Under the pieces are notes generated by a model, which saw nothing but the letters and a program-made list of their open reading frames with translations, ran no database searches and was not told the DNA's origin. From the NCBI GenBank assembly GCA_034190545.1, contig JAXIOF010000002.1, positions 3,246 through 67,245 of the forward strand: a stretch of 64,000 nucleotides of DNA. Reading direction: 5' to 3'. The translations under genes were made by a program, and so were the position numbers. The DNA comes from Candidatus Afararchaeum irisae (GTDB taxonomy: Archaea > Halobacteriota > Halobacteria > Halobacteriales > Afararchaeaceae). Positions 55,169 to 64,000 of this stretch are shown piece after piece (positions within the stretch are counted from its first letter, which is position 1; each line of letters opens with the position of its first letter).

Positions 55169-55732
55169 TCAGATAAGAAGACTTCCTCCGCCGAGTATTC
55201 CCAGAGTCACGAGGAGTCTTCCGACGCTTCCCACGAACGCAGCCGCGGCGAACTTCGAGTAGCTGTCTTCTAAGACTGCAAAGGCGTATATGGATATCGT
55301 GTCAGGGAAGAAAGGCACTGAGAGTAGGACTGCCATACCGACATATCCCCACTCCTTGGCGACCTCGACCCCTTTCTTATGTGACCACTCGACGGGGTCG
55401 TAGCCCCTTCTCTGGAAGAATCTCGTCACAGGACCTGACTCCCTCGCCTTTATTCCGAGATGGAGGGCAGCGACACTCCCCGCTGCCTTTCCGACGGCGC
55501 TCACGACTATTATCGTACCTAGTGTCCCGAGTCTTCCGAGACCTATGTCGAGTGTGTTGACGGGGGCGAGAACTACCTCGCTCGGCATCGGGAGGACTAC
55601 CGCTATCAGGAAAGAGTAGATCCCTATCATCGCAACCCCGAACCATCCAGTCGCAGTCTCGACGGCGGATCGCAGGAATCCGTTGAGGGCGGGGTACTCC
55701 GAGAGGGAGAGTAAGACGAACTCTTGGATCAC
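55169..55732 (-). CDS. DedA/VTT-domain-like membrane protein
   Basis: 187 aa and polytopic. 'FLIAVVLPMPSEVVL' resembles the VTT/SNARE-associated motif. Confidence 0.5.
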   Translation of the reverse strand: MIQEFVLLSLSEYPALNGFLRSAVETATGWFGVAMIGIYSFLIAVVLPMPSEVVLAPVNTLDIGLGRLGTLGTIIVVSAVGKAAGSVAALHLGIKARESGPVTRFFQRRGYDPVEWSHKKGVEVAKEWGYVGMAVLLSVPFFPDTISIYAFAVLEDSYSKFAAAAFVGSVGRLLVTLGILGGGSLLI

Positions 55733-55836
55733 TGTTCCGTACTAAGTGGGTCATACTCAAGTGGCTTTTGTTGTCCAACGAGCCGACAGAACAAGCTTAA
55801 TACGGTGGCACGACTGTCTCTACTACACGAAAACGA

Positions 55837-57675
55837 ATGTCTCTCGGCTATGGACACGCGTCGCGTCTGACGCGTTATCTCTTCAAAACCCCCCGCTGGT
55901 ATCTCTCTCTCTCGTTCGCCCTCGTCGCGGGTAGCATAACAGGTCTCGGTGGCTTCGGTGACGGCTTAATAGCCGCAGTCATGGGGTTTCTCTTCATAGG
56001 CGTTCCAACGGTAGGAGCCGCACTCGCCACGACCCCGATAGACAGGTACTTCGGCGGAAACATGACATGGAACCGTTCCGCCTTTCTCGCCGTCCTGTGT
56101 GAGGGCATAACAGTAGTCCTGATCTCGGTCGCGGCTGTCTTCCAGAAGTACCTCGGCTTCGACAGCTTTGTCTACGATGCCCTGATAGCGTCTCTGGCTC
56201 TAATATTCGGAGTGAGGTTTCTCGTCCTAATGGCTGTAAGCAGGGACTCGGCTCTCCGCACTCTGATACCCGCGAGTCTCCAGACCGGCTTCACAGCTGT
56301 AATACTCTACTTCTACACGGGTCTCCCCCTCTCGGGAGACTACTTCACCAACCTCGTGATAACATCGGGTCTGTACGTCATGGGGTCGTACGTCCTCGTC
56401 CGTCTCATCGACCACCCGATGAGGACGAGCATAGGAGTCTCGGGTCTCGAACTCCTCCGCGGCTTCCTCGGTTACCTCACTGAGAACACGCGTGAACTCG
56501 AAGAAGTCTTCGAGAGGATGGGAGAGTCAGTCAAGGTTCCCGTCACGGTTCTCGTCTTCAGGAGGAAGAAGACTCAGGCTGAGACTGATGAACCCGACTC
56601 CGAGGGAGATGACTTAAACCAAAACCAGAACCAAAGCCGAAGTCACGAGAAGGCGAGGTTCGTACTTCCGATGGTACATCCCGGAATAATGGGGGAGATA
56701 GGCGGCGGAAACCTCCCCTTCCGCTTAGCCGAAACCTCCGACTCGCTGTGTTTCGTGCCCCACGCGACTGCTGACCACGACTTCAACCCCGTGAGCCAGA
56801 GGGAGGTCGAGAAGCTACGTGCCGCAGCCGACAGAGCCGTCGAGTCGGTCGAGTACAACTCAGAAGCGACGAGGAGCCGACGTCTCGACTGCGGCGACTC
56901 ACACATGATAGGACAGAGGTTCGGCGACGGCGTCTTCCTCGCTACGACGTGTTCGCCCAAGTCGTGTGACGACATCCGTTTCAGCGTGGGTCTGAGTGCG
57001 ATAAGTGAGTCACACGCCAGCGGAGCCGAGGAGACGATGCTCGTCGACGCACACAACTGTTACGCCGCCAACTCGGGAACTATAGTCAGTCCGGGGTCGG
57101 AGAGGAGCTACAACATAATGGACTGTGCCGCCGATCTCTCCGAGTCGCTAGTCTCCGACGATACCCACCCGTTACGTCTCGGAACCGCTCAGTCGCCGAC
57201 GAGATGGGAGATCGAGGACGGAATGGGTCCCCTTGGGATACGTGTCGCAGTCCTCGAAGCCGGCGACCAGACTACCGCTTACGCCCTCATAGACGGCAAC
57301 AACATGGTTCCTATGCTCAGAGACGAGATAGTCGACGTCATAACTGACGATGCCGGCGTCGACAACGCCGAGGTCATGACGACCGACACACACGTCGTCA
57401 ACAGGGTCGAGAGCCATAACCGGATAGGCGAACACATCCCCCACGGAGAGCTAAAGACTATAATTCGCTCACTTGTGACGGACGCAGTCAACGACTTAGA
57501 GGAGGTCGAGGCTGGAATGGCGTCGAGCGAGACAGAAGTTATCGTCTTCGGAAACGACAGGATAGAACGTCTCGCGAGTACCACCAACGCTGTGGCTTCG
57601 ATGGGTACTGCGCTCGCAGTCGTCGCGACCTTCGCCGCACTGATGCTAAGCGCGCTCGTCTTCTTCTTTAACTGA
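55837..57675 (+). CDS. Large archaeal membrane protein, DUF2070-like
   Basis: About 6 N-terminal TM helices, a soluble domain of about 350 aa, and a single C-terminal TM. The architecture matches DUF2070, but I saw no motif-level proof. Confidence 0.5.
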   Translation: MSLGYGHASRLTRYLFKTPRWYLSLSFALVAGSITGLGGFGDGLIAAVMGFLFIGVPTVGAALATTPIDRYFGGNMTWNRSAFLAVLCEGITVVLISVAAVFQKYLGFDSFVYDALIASLALIFGVRFLVLMAVSRDSALRTLIPASLQTGFTAVILYFYTGLPLSGDYFTNLVITSGLYVMGSYVLVRLIDHPMRTSIGVSGLELLRGFLGYLTENTRELEEVFERMGESVKVPVTVLVFRRKKTQAETDEPDSEGDDLNQNQNQSRSHEKARFVLPMVHPGIMGEIGGGNLPFRLAETSDSLCFVPHATADHDFNPVSQREVEKLRAAADRAVESVEYNSEATRSRRLDCGDSHMIGQRFGDGVFLATTCSPKSCDDIRFSVGLSAISESHASGAEETMLVDAHNCYAANSGTIVSPGSERSYNIMDCAADLSESLVSDDTHPLRLGTAQSPTRWEIEDGMGPLGIRVAVLEAGDQTTAYALIDGNNMVPMLRDEIVDVITDDAGVDNAEVMTTDTHVVNRVESHNRIGEHIPHGELKTIIRSLVTDAVNDLEEVEAGMASSETEVIVFGNDRIERLASTTNAVASMGTALAVVATFAALMLSALVFFFN

Positions 57676-57697
57676 GACGAACTGAGAAAAGAAAAAG

Positions 57698-60600
57698 CTA
57701 AACCAGACGGAAATGCCCGTGTGACGGCTCTATTACCTCGCCGTTCCTCTGTAACGTCTTAAGCTCCTCCTGTGCCTTCTCACGTTCCATCCCGTGGTCC
57801 TCGGCTGTTTCGAGTATCTCGTCGCGCGGAGCCTTTCCGTCTTCTCTCTCGTCTGCTATCGTCTGTATGATGTCGCTCAGATCCTTTATCCTCTCGCGCT
57901 GTGACGACGAGTGTCCCGTCTCGACTATGTCGGCGTCTAACTGACCCGTCTCGGGATCGTAGCTCACGTCTCTTAGAGACTCCTTGACTATGTCTATCGC
58001 ACGTTCGGCGTCCTCGACTTCGACCTCGTCGCTCAGACGCATCCTCGCGCTCGCCTCGGCGAGACGGACGAGTGCTTCTAGCTTTCTCGCGGTTATCGGG
58101 ATCACGTCCGACCCCTCACCCTCCGAACGCAGGTCGACGTAGAAGTCCCTGACCCTGTCACGCGCTTCGTCTGTCATCTGAGGCTTACACTCGCGCCGAG
58201 AGTAGGCGACGTACTTCCGGAGCATCTCGGACTCTATCTCGGGATAGATCTCCTCCTGTATCTCGTCGGCGTCCTCCGCCTCACGTTCGGGTCTCGACTC
58301 CGAGTCGGAAGCGTAGACCTCACCCGCGTAGTTGGTCGTGAGTATGTGTTCGGCAAGACGTGAGTCCTTCTCTTCGTCCGCTTCGTCTGTCACTGTGAAT
58401 ATGAGGTCGAAACGTGATATCAGAGCGGGCTCTAGCTCTATCTGCTCTGCGATACCCTCGTACTCGTCGAACCTTCCGTACTTCGGATTCGCCGCTCCGA
58501 GGAGTGCACATCTCGACTTGAGCGTCGCGTTGATTCCCGCCTTGGATATGCTAACGGACTGCTGCTCTAGTGCCTCGTGGAGTGCCGATCTGTCCTTCGG
58601 ATCCATCTTGTCGACCTCGTCGACACATGCTATTCCCTTGTCGGCTAAGACGAGAGCACCGGCTTCGAGTGTCCATTTTCCGTCTCCGAAGTCGTCCTGT
58701 ACTGCGGCGGCGGTGAGCCCTGCGGCACTCGATCCTTTACCCGAGGTATAGACCCCCCTCGGTGCTATCTTCTTAACGTACTGGAGTAGCTGTGAGTTGT
58801 GTGAGAAGACACCGTTGGTTACGAAGTTGTGTGTCTCCTCGACTTCGAGGTCGTAGACGTAGTCGTAGTCGGGGTCGACCTTCTCTATCGACTCTATTCT
58901 GTCCCACAGAACAGACGACTCCGCGAGCTTACGTATTTCGAGGATATCTTCATCGTAGCTAACTGCGTCGTCTATCTCCTCCCTCAGACGTTCGACTGCG
59001 TCAGCACGCACCGTCTCTTCATCTGGGGAACCCATGTCTAAACTCCCACCGTCGGCAATCCCTTCATTCTCTTTTCCACTTATCCACGCTTGGGAAACTC
59101 CGACTGAAGACGCGAGACTCTCCTGTGAGACTCTGAGGCTCTCACGTGTCTCACATATGAGGCTCCAGTCAGGGTCGTCTCTGAGACGTCTCTTAAGCTC
59201 TCTGAGTTCATCTCTCCTCGTCTCAAATCTATCAGCAATCTCTTCGAGGGAACCGACACTCGGGTTTCTGTCACCTCTCTCGTAGTGCTGATATGTCGTC
59301 CTCGGAACCCCGCAGTCTGACTGAGGCAGACGGAGCCCATCTCTGACCTCACGGAGCTTTTCCCCTATATCGGGGACTACGTGTCTGTTTGTGTTGTGGG
59401 ATGTACTGCTGAATCTCTCTGCCCTCTCCGACTTCCTCCGTGTTACGAGACCAACTTTCTCGAAGAACTCGGTATAGTCTGAGCCGGATATACGTAGACT
59501 GTAGCTGTATCCGTCGTCTTCCGATACCTTCTGAGACGATATACCGACTGAGAGGAGGAGTGTACTCACATCGTCTATAAGCTCCTCACTCGTGGAACTG
59601 ACTGAAATTTCACGCTGTTTCTCTGAGACGGTTCCCTCGGCGTCCACATACGCACTCAGGAAGTCGGATCTGACTTTATCCGTCGACGTCATCACAGCCT
59701 CTGGAACCCGTTTATCCCTGGACGGCTTCAGAAGACTCGGGGAGAGGTTTTCGAGGAAGCTCACGAACTCGCTCGAACTACATACTATCTCTTTCGTGGT
59801 CTTTCCTTCGTGTGTCTCCCTCACGGACGTGTTCAGACCCAGACCCAGACTTTCGAGTCCGCGCTCAACGTCTTCGAGTATCTCAGTGTCTTTGTTGGTG
59901 ACGTATACGGTTCCCGTGTTGTCGTCGTTGCTCTGAACGTATCCCTCGGCTACTATATATCCTAAGAGCCTCGACATCTGAGGTGTAATCTCGTCGGGAA
60001 GGTCGAGCGAAACTGAGTTGTTCGCCTTCGACTTTCTGTACTTGTACTCGGTGTCGAGACTGTCATCGCCTTTAACCACGGTCTCGTTCGGAGTGGCTAT
60101 GAAGTCCCCCTCTTCGAGATCCTCGGCTCTGACTCCCTCGATCTTCGCATCCGAATGTACGAAGAGGGGATGTGTGGGTGTGACTTCGAGTTCCTTCCCT
60201 GTTGACGTCTCTATCCTGTACATACGGTCAGGTGCGGTACGTTTCCAGACACGGGTTGTGTTCTTCTGTCTGACAGATGCGTCACGTCCGAGAGACGGCA
60301 GACTAAAGTCGGCGTCGTCGTAGACTCCGTCATCGACTTCCTTCGGATCTTCCAGATGTGTTTCGACGAGGTTCTCTATACGTTCGTCACGTCCGTCACC
60401 GAGAGTAACACGTGTCCCGGGAGCGACACATTTCGCAGTACCCGGATCTCCTACCATCAGAATATGCATGTCTCCCCTTATACGTGTCTCGTCGGGGAGG
60501 TTCTTCGTGACTCCCGAGAAGAGCTGGAGAGCCATCGCGAGCTTCTCGGTCTCGTAGCCGTATATACCCGGAGCGATGCTGTCGACTATCTTCTCGTAGA

Positions 60601-61414
60601 CGTCGGGGGAGTTCGCAATCTCCTCTATCGTCTCCTCGTCCTCGTCGGTGATCTTGAACTCCTCGAACTCCTGATCCTCTATCTCTATGTTGTTGCCCTC
60701 TATGAAGACGTCGAAGGTCGTCGAGTCGCCGTCCTGTGTTGCTCTCAGAATCCCGACGACTGTGACCCTGTCCCCGGGGGTAACCTCTCCCGTGATGTCG
60801 TCCTCTATCTCGACATCTATCGTCTGTGGATTCTCGCCTCCTCTGAGATCCTCGGGCGACTCCTGTACCCTGACCTTCTGTGAGTCGACGAACTCACTCT
60901 GGTCGAAGAGTAGACTAAAAGGACCCTGTCTCTCACATCCCTTGCACTCGTAGGGCTCCCTGAGACTGCTGTCGTCGGTCTGTGTTATAGTCGTCGTAGT
61001 TCCACACCGCTCGCACTCGAAGACTGTCTTGATCGCCTTCGGACGCACCTCGGTCGCTTTTCTCACGATACCTTCGACCGAGATTAGTGTATTGACGTCC
61101 TTCGAACGTATGCCACGTATCTCCGTGATCTCACCCACGTTTCTTATACGTAGGTTGGCGTCGGCGAAACGCACGTCGGCGACAGGGACGTCGTACTCGT
61201 GGAGGGCTTCCTCGGCGTACCGGAGCATCTCCTCGGGGTTCCTCCGGAGGTCTTCAGCGAGTTCGGGGTCGTACTGGAAGAGATCCTGGAAGTCGATGTA
61301 GAGGGATCTCTCCTCTCTCGGGTACTTCTGAGCGAGCTTACCGATCTCGTTGTCGTAGTAACTCCTGTAGAAAGACTCCCACTTCTCTGTGAGCTCTACG
61401 TTTTCGAGAGACAT
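57698..61414 (-). CDS. mcm: MCM replicative helicase interrupted by a 545-aa intein in the Walker A motif
   Basis: N-terminal Zn motif 'CERCG...CKGC'. The exteins read 'HILMVGDPGTAK | intein | SQLLQYVKK'. Walker B is 'IACVDEVDKM', and 'SRFDLIF' carries the arginine finger. Confidence 0.95.
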   Translation of the reverse strand: MSLENVELTEKWESFYRSYYDNEIGKLAQKYPREERSLYIDFQDLFQYDPELAEDLRRNPEEMLRYAEEALHEYDVPVADVRFADANLRIRNVGEITEIRGIRSKDVNTLISVEGIVRKATEVRPKAIKTVFECERCGTTTTITQTDDSSLREPYECKGCERQGPFSLLFDQSEFVDSQKVRVQESPEDLRGGENPQTIDVEIEDDITGEVTPGDRVTVVGILRATQDGDSTTFDVFIEGNNIEIEDQEFEEFKITDEDEETIEEIANSPDVYEKIVDSIAPGIYGYETEKLAMALQLFSGVTKNLPDETRIRGDMHILMVGDPGTAKCVAPGTRVTLGDGRDERIENLVETHLEDPKEVDDGVYDDADFSLPSLGRDASVRQKNTTRVWKRTAPDRMYRIETSTGKELEVTPTHPLFVHSDAKIEGVRAEDLEEGDFIATPNETVVKGDDSLDTEYKYRKSKANNSVSLDLPDEITPQMSRLLGYIVAEGYVQSNDDNTGTVYVTNKDTEILEDVERGLESLGLGLNTSVRETHEGKTTKEIVCSSSEFVSFLENLSPSLLKPSRDKRVPEAVMTSTDKVRSDFLSAYVDAEGTVSEKQREISVSSTSEELIDDVSTLLLSVGISSQKVSEDDGYSYSLRISGSDYTEFFEKVGLVTRRKSERAERFSSTSHNTNRHVVPDIGEKLREVRDGLRLPQSDCGVPRTTYQHYERGDRNPSVGSLEEIADRFETRRDELRELKRRLRDDPDWSLICETRESLRVSQESLASSVGVSQAWISGKENEGIADGGSLDMGSPDEETVRADAVERLREEIDDAVSYDEDILEIRKLAESSVLWDRIESIEKVDPDYDYVYDLEVEETHNFVTNGVFSHNSQLLQYVKKIAPRGVYTSGKGSSAAGLTAAAVQDDFGDGKWTLEAGALVLADKGIACVDEVDKMDPKDRSALHEALEQQSVSISKAGINATLKSRCALLGAANPKYGRFDEYEGIAEQIELEPALISRFDLIFTVTDEADEEKDSRLAEHILTTNYAGEVYASDSESRPEREAEDADEIQEEIYPEIESEMLRKYVAYSRRECKPQMTDEARDRVRDFYVDLRSEGEGSDVIPITARKLEALVRLAEASARMRLSDEVEVEDAERAIDIVKESLRDVSYDPETGQLDADIVETGHSSSQRERIKDLSDIIQTIADEREDGKAPRDEILETAEDHGMEREKAQEELKTLQRNGEVIEPSHGHFRLV
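58796..60430 (-). other. Intein (545 aa) with a LAGLIDADG domain and two XRE-like HTH motifs, in MCM
   Basis: It starts 'CVAPGTRVTL'. Block B is 'EVTPTHPLFV'. The LAGLIDADG helices are 'LLGYIVAEGYV' and 'FLSAYVDAEGTV'. The HTH-like segments are 'LRLPQSDCGVPRTTYQHYERGDRNPSVGSLEEIA' and 'LRVSQESLASSVGVSQAWISGKENEG'. It ends 'THNFVTNGVFSHN' followed by the +1 Ser. Coordinates were checked on the DNA. Confidence 0.85.
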
Positions 61415-61480
61415 GGAGCGGAGATAAAGTTAGAACTGCTGAGCCGTGTTGGTGTGGCTGTGGTCTTGGTCACTAGGTAG

Positions 61481-62011
61481 TCAGTCCATGACGATCTCTT
61501 CGCCCTCGTCTATGACTACCGAGTAGGGACCGGGCAGCTTCGTGTAGGCTCTGCGGAGCGAGTCCTTGGCGACGTCGAAGTCAGCCTCGACGACCCTCGC
61601 AGTGAAGATCTTCTGTCCTACGTCGACCCTCGCCGCGGTTCCGACGGGTCTTCCGAAAGACTGTCTCATTCCGTCTGAGACACGGTCGGCTCCCGCGCCT
61701 GTCGCCTGTTTGTTCTCCCTCAGAACCTGATGAGGGTGAACGCGGAGTCTCATCTTGTAGCCCTCCTCACCGAGCTCCTTTATCATATTTCGGTTCGCGG
61801 CGACACGCGCGCTCTCGAGAGCCGAGTGGCGTATCTGACACGCCTCGTCGGCTACCAGAGTCACAGCGACGGGGTACTCGTCGTCGTCAGCCGAGACGTC
61901 TCCCATGTTGAACTGAGTAATCTTAGAACCCGGAATCCCGTCTATGTACTCCGTCCTCGTGTACGCCATACCCTCGATGTCGCGGTACATACTCCCAGGT
62001 TTTCCTGCCAT
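61481..62011 (-). CDS. rpl10e: 50S ribosomal protein L10e (uL16)
   Basis: 'KPGSMYRDIEGMAYTRTEYIDGIPGSKI' and 'RLRVHPHQVLRENK' are typical of L10e. Confidence 0.9.
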   Translation of the reverse strand: MAGKPGSMYRDIEGMAYTRTEYIDGIPGSKITQFNMGDVSADDDEYPVAVTLVADEACQIRHSALESARVAANRNMIKELGEEGYKMRLRVHPHQVLRENKQATGAGADRVSDGMRQSFGRPVGTAARVDVGQKIFTARVVEADFDVAKDSLRRAYTKLPGPYSVVIDEGEEIVMD

Positions 62012-62090
62012 ACAGACGACTTAGCCTGTCTAACGAATAAGTCTTGTCTTCCGACGTCGATTATCGTATCTTTGGTCTCAAGAAACCTTA

Positions 62091-62114
62091 TCTGTGATGC
62101 TCACGTATCACAGA
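62091..62114. promoter_or_regulatory. Inverted repeat TCTGTGAT-N8-ATCACAGA, candidate operator of the RHH/RelE module
   Basis: 8-bp arms that end 3 nt before the antitoxin ATG (62117). Confidence 0.4.
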
Positions 62115-62116
62115 GT

Positions 62117-62356
62117 ATGAGCGTAGAGACTGACGACAGTTCGAAGATAGATGTGAGAGTACCTAAGTCTCTCCTTGACGAAGTCGACGAGATATATGAG
62201 GAACGTGGTTACACGAGTCGCAGCGAGTTCGTCCGTGACGCGATCCGTGATGCCGTGAACCCGAAGGTAGAGATATCGCCCGAGTTCTTGGAGCATCTCA
62301 AGGAGAGCCAGGATCAGAAGGAACGAGGTCAGTATACTACCCTCGAAGACATCTAA
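62117..62356 (+). CDS. Ribbon-helix-helix (CopG-like) antitoxin
   Basis: 'KIDVRVPKSLLDEVDEIYEERGYTSRSEFVRDAIRDAV' is an RHH. I set the start at the ATG at 62117. The longer track ORF (from 61730) is antisense to rpl10e. Confidence 0.7.
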   Translation: MSVETDDSSKIDVRVPKSLLDEVDEIYEERGYTSRSEFVRDAIRDAVNPKVEISPEFLEHLKESQDQKERGQYTTLEDI

Positions 62357-62366
62357 GCTAAGCTAA

Positions 62367-62630
62367 ATGACTGAGGTAAGATTCACTCCCAGAGCTGAGT
62401 CTCTCTTAAACAACCTACAGGAGGAGACACAGGAGAGGATAAAGTCGGATCTGAGAGACGCTCGTGAGTCTCCCGAACGTGAGCTGGAGCCTGTACAGGG
62501 ATTTGACTATTACAAGCTACGTACGGGGGACTACCGTACTCTGATAGACTGGGAAAAGGACGACGACGTTCTCTGGGTCTTTGCCTTGGGACACCGTAGT
62601 GTAGTTTATGACAGACATCTTCCGCCATAG
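62367..62630 (+). CDS. RelE/ParE-family toxin
   Basis: 87 aa. 'YKLRTGDYRTLIDWEKDDDVLWVFALGHRSVVY' is the RelE/ParE C-terminal pattern. The gene starts 10 nt after the RHH gene ends. Confidence 0.75.
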   Translation: MTEVRFTPRAESLLNNLQEETQERIKSDLRDARESPERELEPVQGFDYYKLRTGDYRTLIDWEKDDDVLWVFALGHRSVVYDRHLPP

Positions 62631-62685
62631 CTCGATACTGACTCAACTCCATAGGAACTTAAACCCCTTACTGCTAATTTAACGT

Positions 62686-63198
62686 ATGCGCGGATTCTAC
62701 GTCGGGAGGTTCCAGCCCTTCCATCTGGGGCATTACAAGGTTCTCGAAGAGGTCGCCGAAGACGTCCCCGAGATAGTCATAGCGATAGGAACCGCACAGG
62801 CGTCCCACACAGTGAAGAACCCGTTTACGGCGGGCGAACGTGTCAGCATGGTGAGGAAGAGTGTCAACGACTTGGACGCGACGACCTACGTAATTCCGAT
62901 AGAGGACATCAACCGTAACTCACTCTGGGTCTCACACATAGAGTCGATGGCACCTGACTTCGACGTCATCTACTCGAACAACCCTCTCGTGATACGTCTC
63001 TTCGAGGAGGACGGAAAGGAGGTCAGGAAGAATCCCCTCTTCGACAGAAGCAGATACTCGGGGAGGGAGATACGTAAGAGGATGATAGAGGGGGGCGACT
63101 GGAGAGACCTCGTTCCCGACCCGGTCGAGGACGTCATAGACGAGGTCGACGGAGTGGACAGGATAAAACAGGTCAACCAGACCGACTACCCCGACTGA
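62686..63198 (+). CDS. Nicotinamide-nucleotide adenylyltransferase (archaeal NMNAT)
   Basis: 'RGFYVGRFQPFHLGH' and 'SGREIRKRM' motifs. 170 aa. Confidence 0.9.
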   Translation: MRGFYVGRFQPFHLGHYKVLEEVAEDVPEIVIAIGTAQASHTVKNPFTAGERVSMVRKSVNDLDATTYVIPIEDINRNSLWVSHIESMAPDFDVIYSNNPLVIRLFEEDGKEVRKNPLFDRSRYSGREIRKRMIEGGDWRDLVPDPVEDVIDEVDGVDRIKQVNQTDYPD

Positions 63199-63206
63199 CA
63201 CCACTC

Positions 63207-64000
63207 TCAGAGATCTTCTAGAACCGACTCCATCACGTCGAGAGCCTCACGCAGGTTCTCACGTGAGTTGGCGTAAGAGACGCGGGCGTGTCCCTCTCCG
63301 CCCTCTCCGAATGCATCTCCCGGAACTACAACGACTCCTTCTTCTATACACGCGTCGATGAAGCCGTCGGGAACCTCTGGGAAGGCGTAGAATGCACCCT
63401 TCGGCGTCGGACAGTCAAGACCCATCTCCTTGAAGCCGTCGAGTATCAGGTCACGTCTCGCCTCGAACTCTTCCTTCATCTCGCTCACAGCGTACTGAGG
63501 ACCTTCGAGTGCTTCGAGGGCTGCGTACTGCGACGGCGCACTCGCACACGCCTGTATGTACTGATGGACACGTAACATATTCTCGGTCTCGGGCGCAGTG
63601 ACGTATCCGAGACGCCATCCTGTCATCGAGTAAGCCTTCGAAGCCGCGTTTACTGTGACGACGTTCTCGCCGAACTCCGCGGGGGAGTGGTGCTCGCCCT
63701 CGTAGACGAAAGGCTCATAGACCTCGTCGCTTATGAGTGTCACTCCGTAGTCGTCGGCTATCTCGGCGAAGGCTCTCATGTCGTCACGTGTCTGTACCGC
63801 ACCCGTCGGGTTCGCGGGGGAGTTGACCACGAACGCCGAAGTCTCATCGGTGATCGCCTCCTTTACTGACTCGGGTTCGAGACGCAGGTCGTCGGCGAGT
63901 TCGACACCTTTCGGACGCGCGTCTCCGACCTTCGAGAGAGCCTCATAAGAGACGAATCCCGGGTCGGGAATTAGAACCTCGTCGCCTGTGTCGACGTGTG
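63207..64000 (-). CDS. Class I/II PLP-dependent aminotransferase, C-terminal part (the 5' end runs past the window end)
   Basis: 'NSPANPTG' and 'SKAYSMTGWRLGY' (the PLP lysine). The frame stays open upstream of the track's Met to position 64000. Confidence 0.85.
   Translation of the reverse strand, partial: HVDTGDEVLIPDPGFVSYEALSKVGDARPKGVELADDLRLEPESVKEAITDETSAFVVNSPANPTGAVQTRDDMRAFAEIADDYGVTLISDEVYEPFVYEGEHHSPAEFGENVVTVNAASKAYSMTGWRLGYVTAPETENMLRVHQYIQACASAPSQYAALEALEGPQYAVSEMKEEFEARRDLILDGFKEMGLDCPTPKGAFYAFPEVPDGFIDACIEEGVVVVPGDAFGEGGEGHARVSYANSRENLREALDVMESVLEDL

Noticed and set aside
61730-62116. Long upstream part of track ORF 61730-62356
   Set aside because: It lies antisense to rpl10e. 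The RHH domain begins at the internal ATG at 62117, which is preceded by an operator-like inverted repeat.

Overview
This window looks like a chromosomal segment from a halophilic archaeon with a 'salt-in' lifestyle. Almost every convincing ORF encodes a strongly Asp/Glu-rich protein. Archaeal marker genes are present: TFE, RpoP, L37Ae, L10e, MCM, prefoldin beta, Pcc1, glycerol-1-phosphate dehydrogenase, the MC1 chromatin protein, archaeal-type SAM synthetase and archease/RtcB. I cannot assign a genus from sequence alone.

About 65 protein genes are densely packed and mostly housekeeping. They include pyrG, guaA subunit B, thiI, metK, glyA, asd, the sufBDSUC genes, a gshA-like ligase, egsA and an NMN adenylyltransferase. 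I found no rRNA gene, no convincing tRNA gene and no CRISPR array.

Accessory or unusual content:
1. Three genes are interrupted by large inteins that carry homing-endonuclease domains: a MoxR-type AAA+ ATPase, RtcB and MCM.
2. A six-gene MoxR/DUF58/vWA/BatA-like operon.
3. Two small toxin-antitoxin pairs.
4. The most interesting signal is a two-member family of roughly 375-420-nt non-coding elements with hairpins at both ends. One copy precisely splits an otherwise intact family-4 uracil-DNA glycosylase gene. The other begins immediately after the rtcB stop codon. Both sit directly 3' of the same octamer, GGGGTGAA, both are co-oriented with their host gene, and their terminal hairpins show compensatory base changes.
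5. A second family of roughly 50-bp double-hairpin modules occurs as a 3-unit tandem array, as a dispersed copy, and nested inside one of the larger elements.
6. Pentanucleotide tandem repeats fill several intergenic spacers.

All family names were assigned from motifs recognised by eye. No database search was run.
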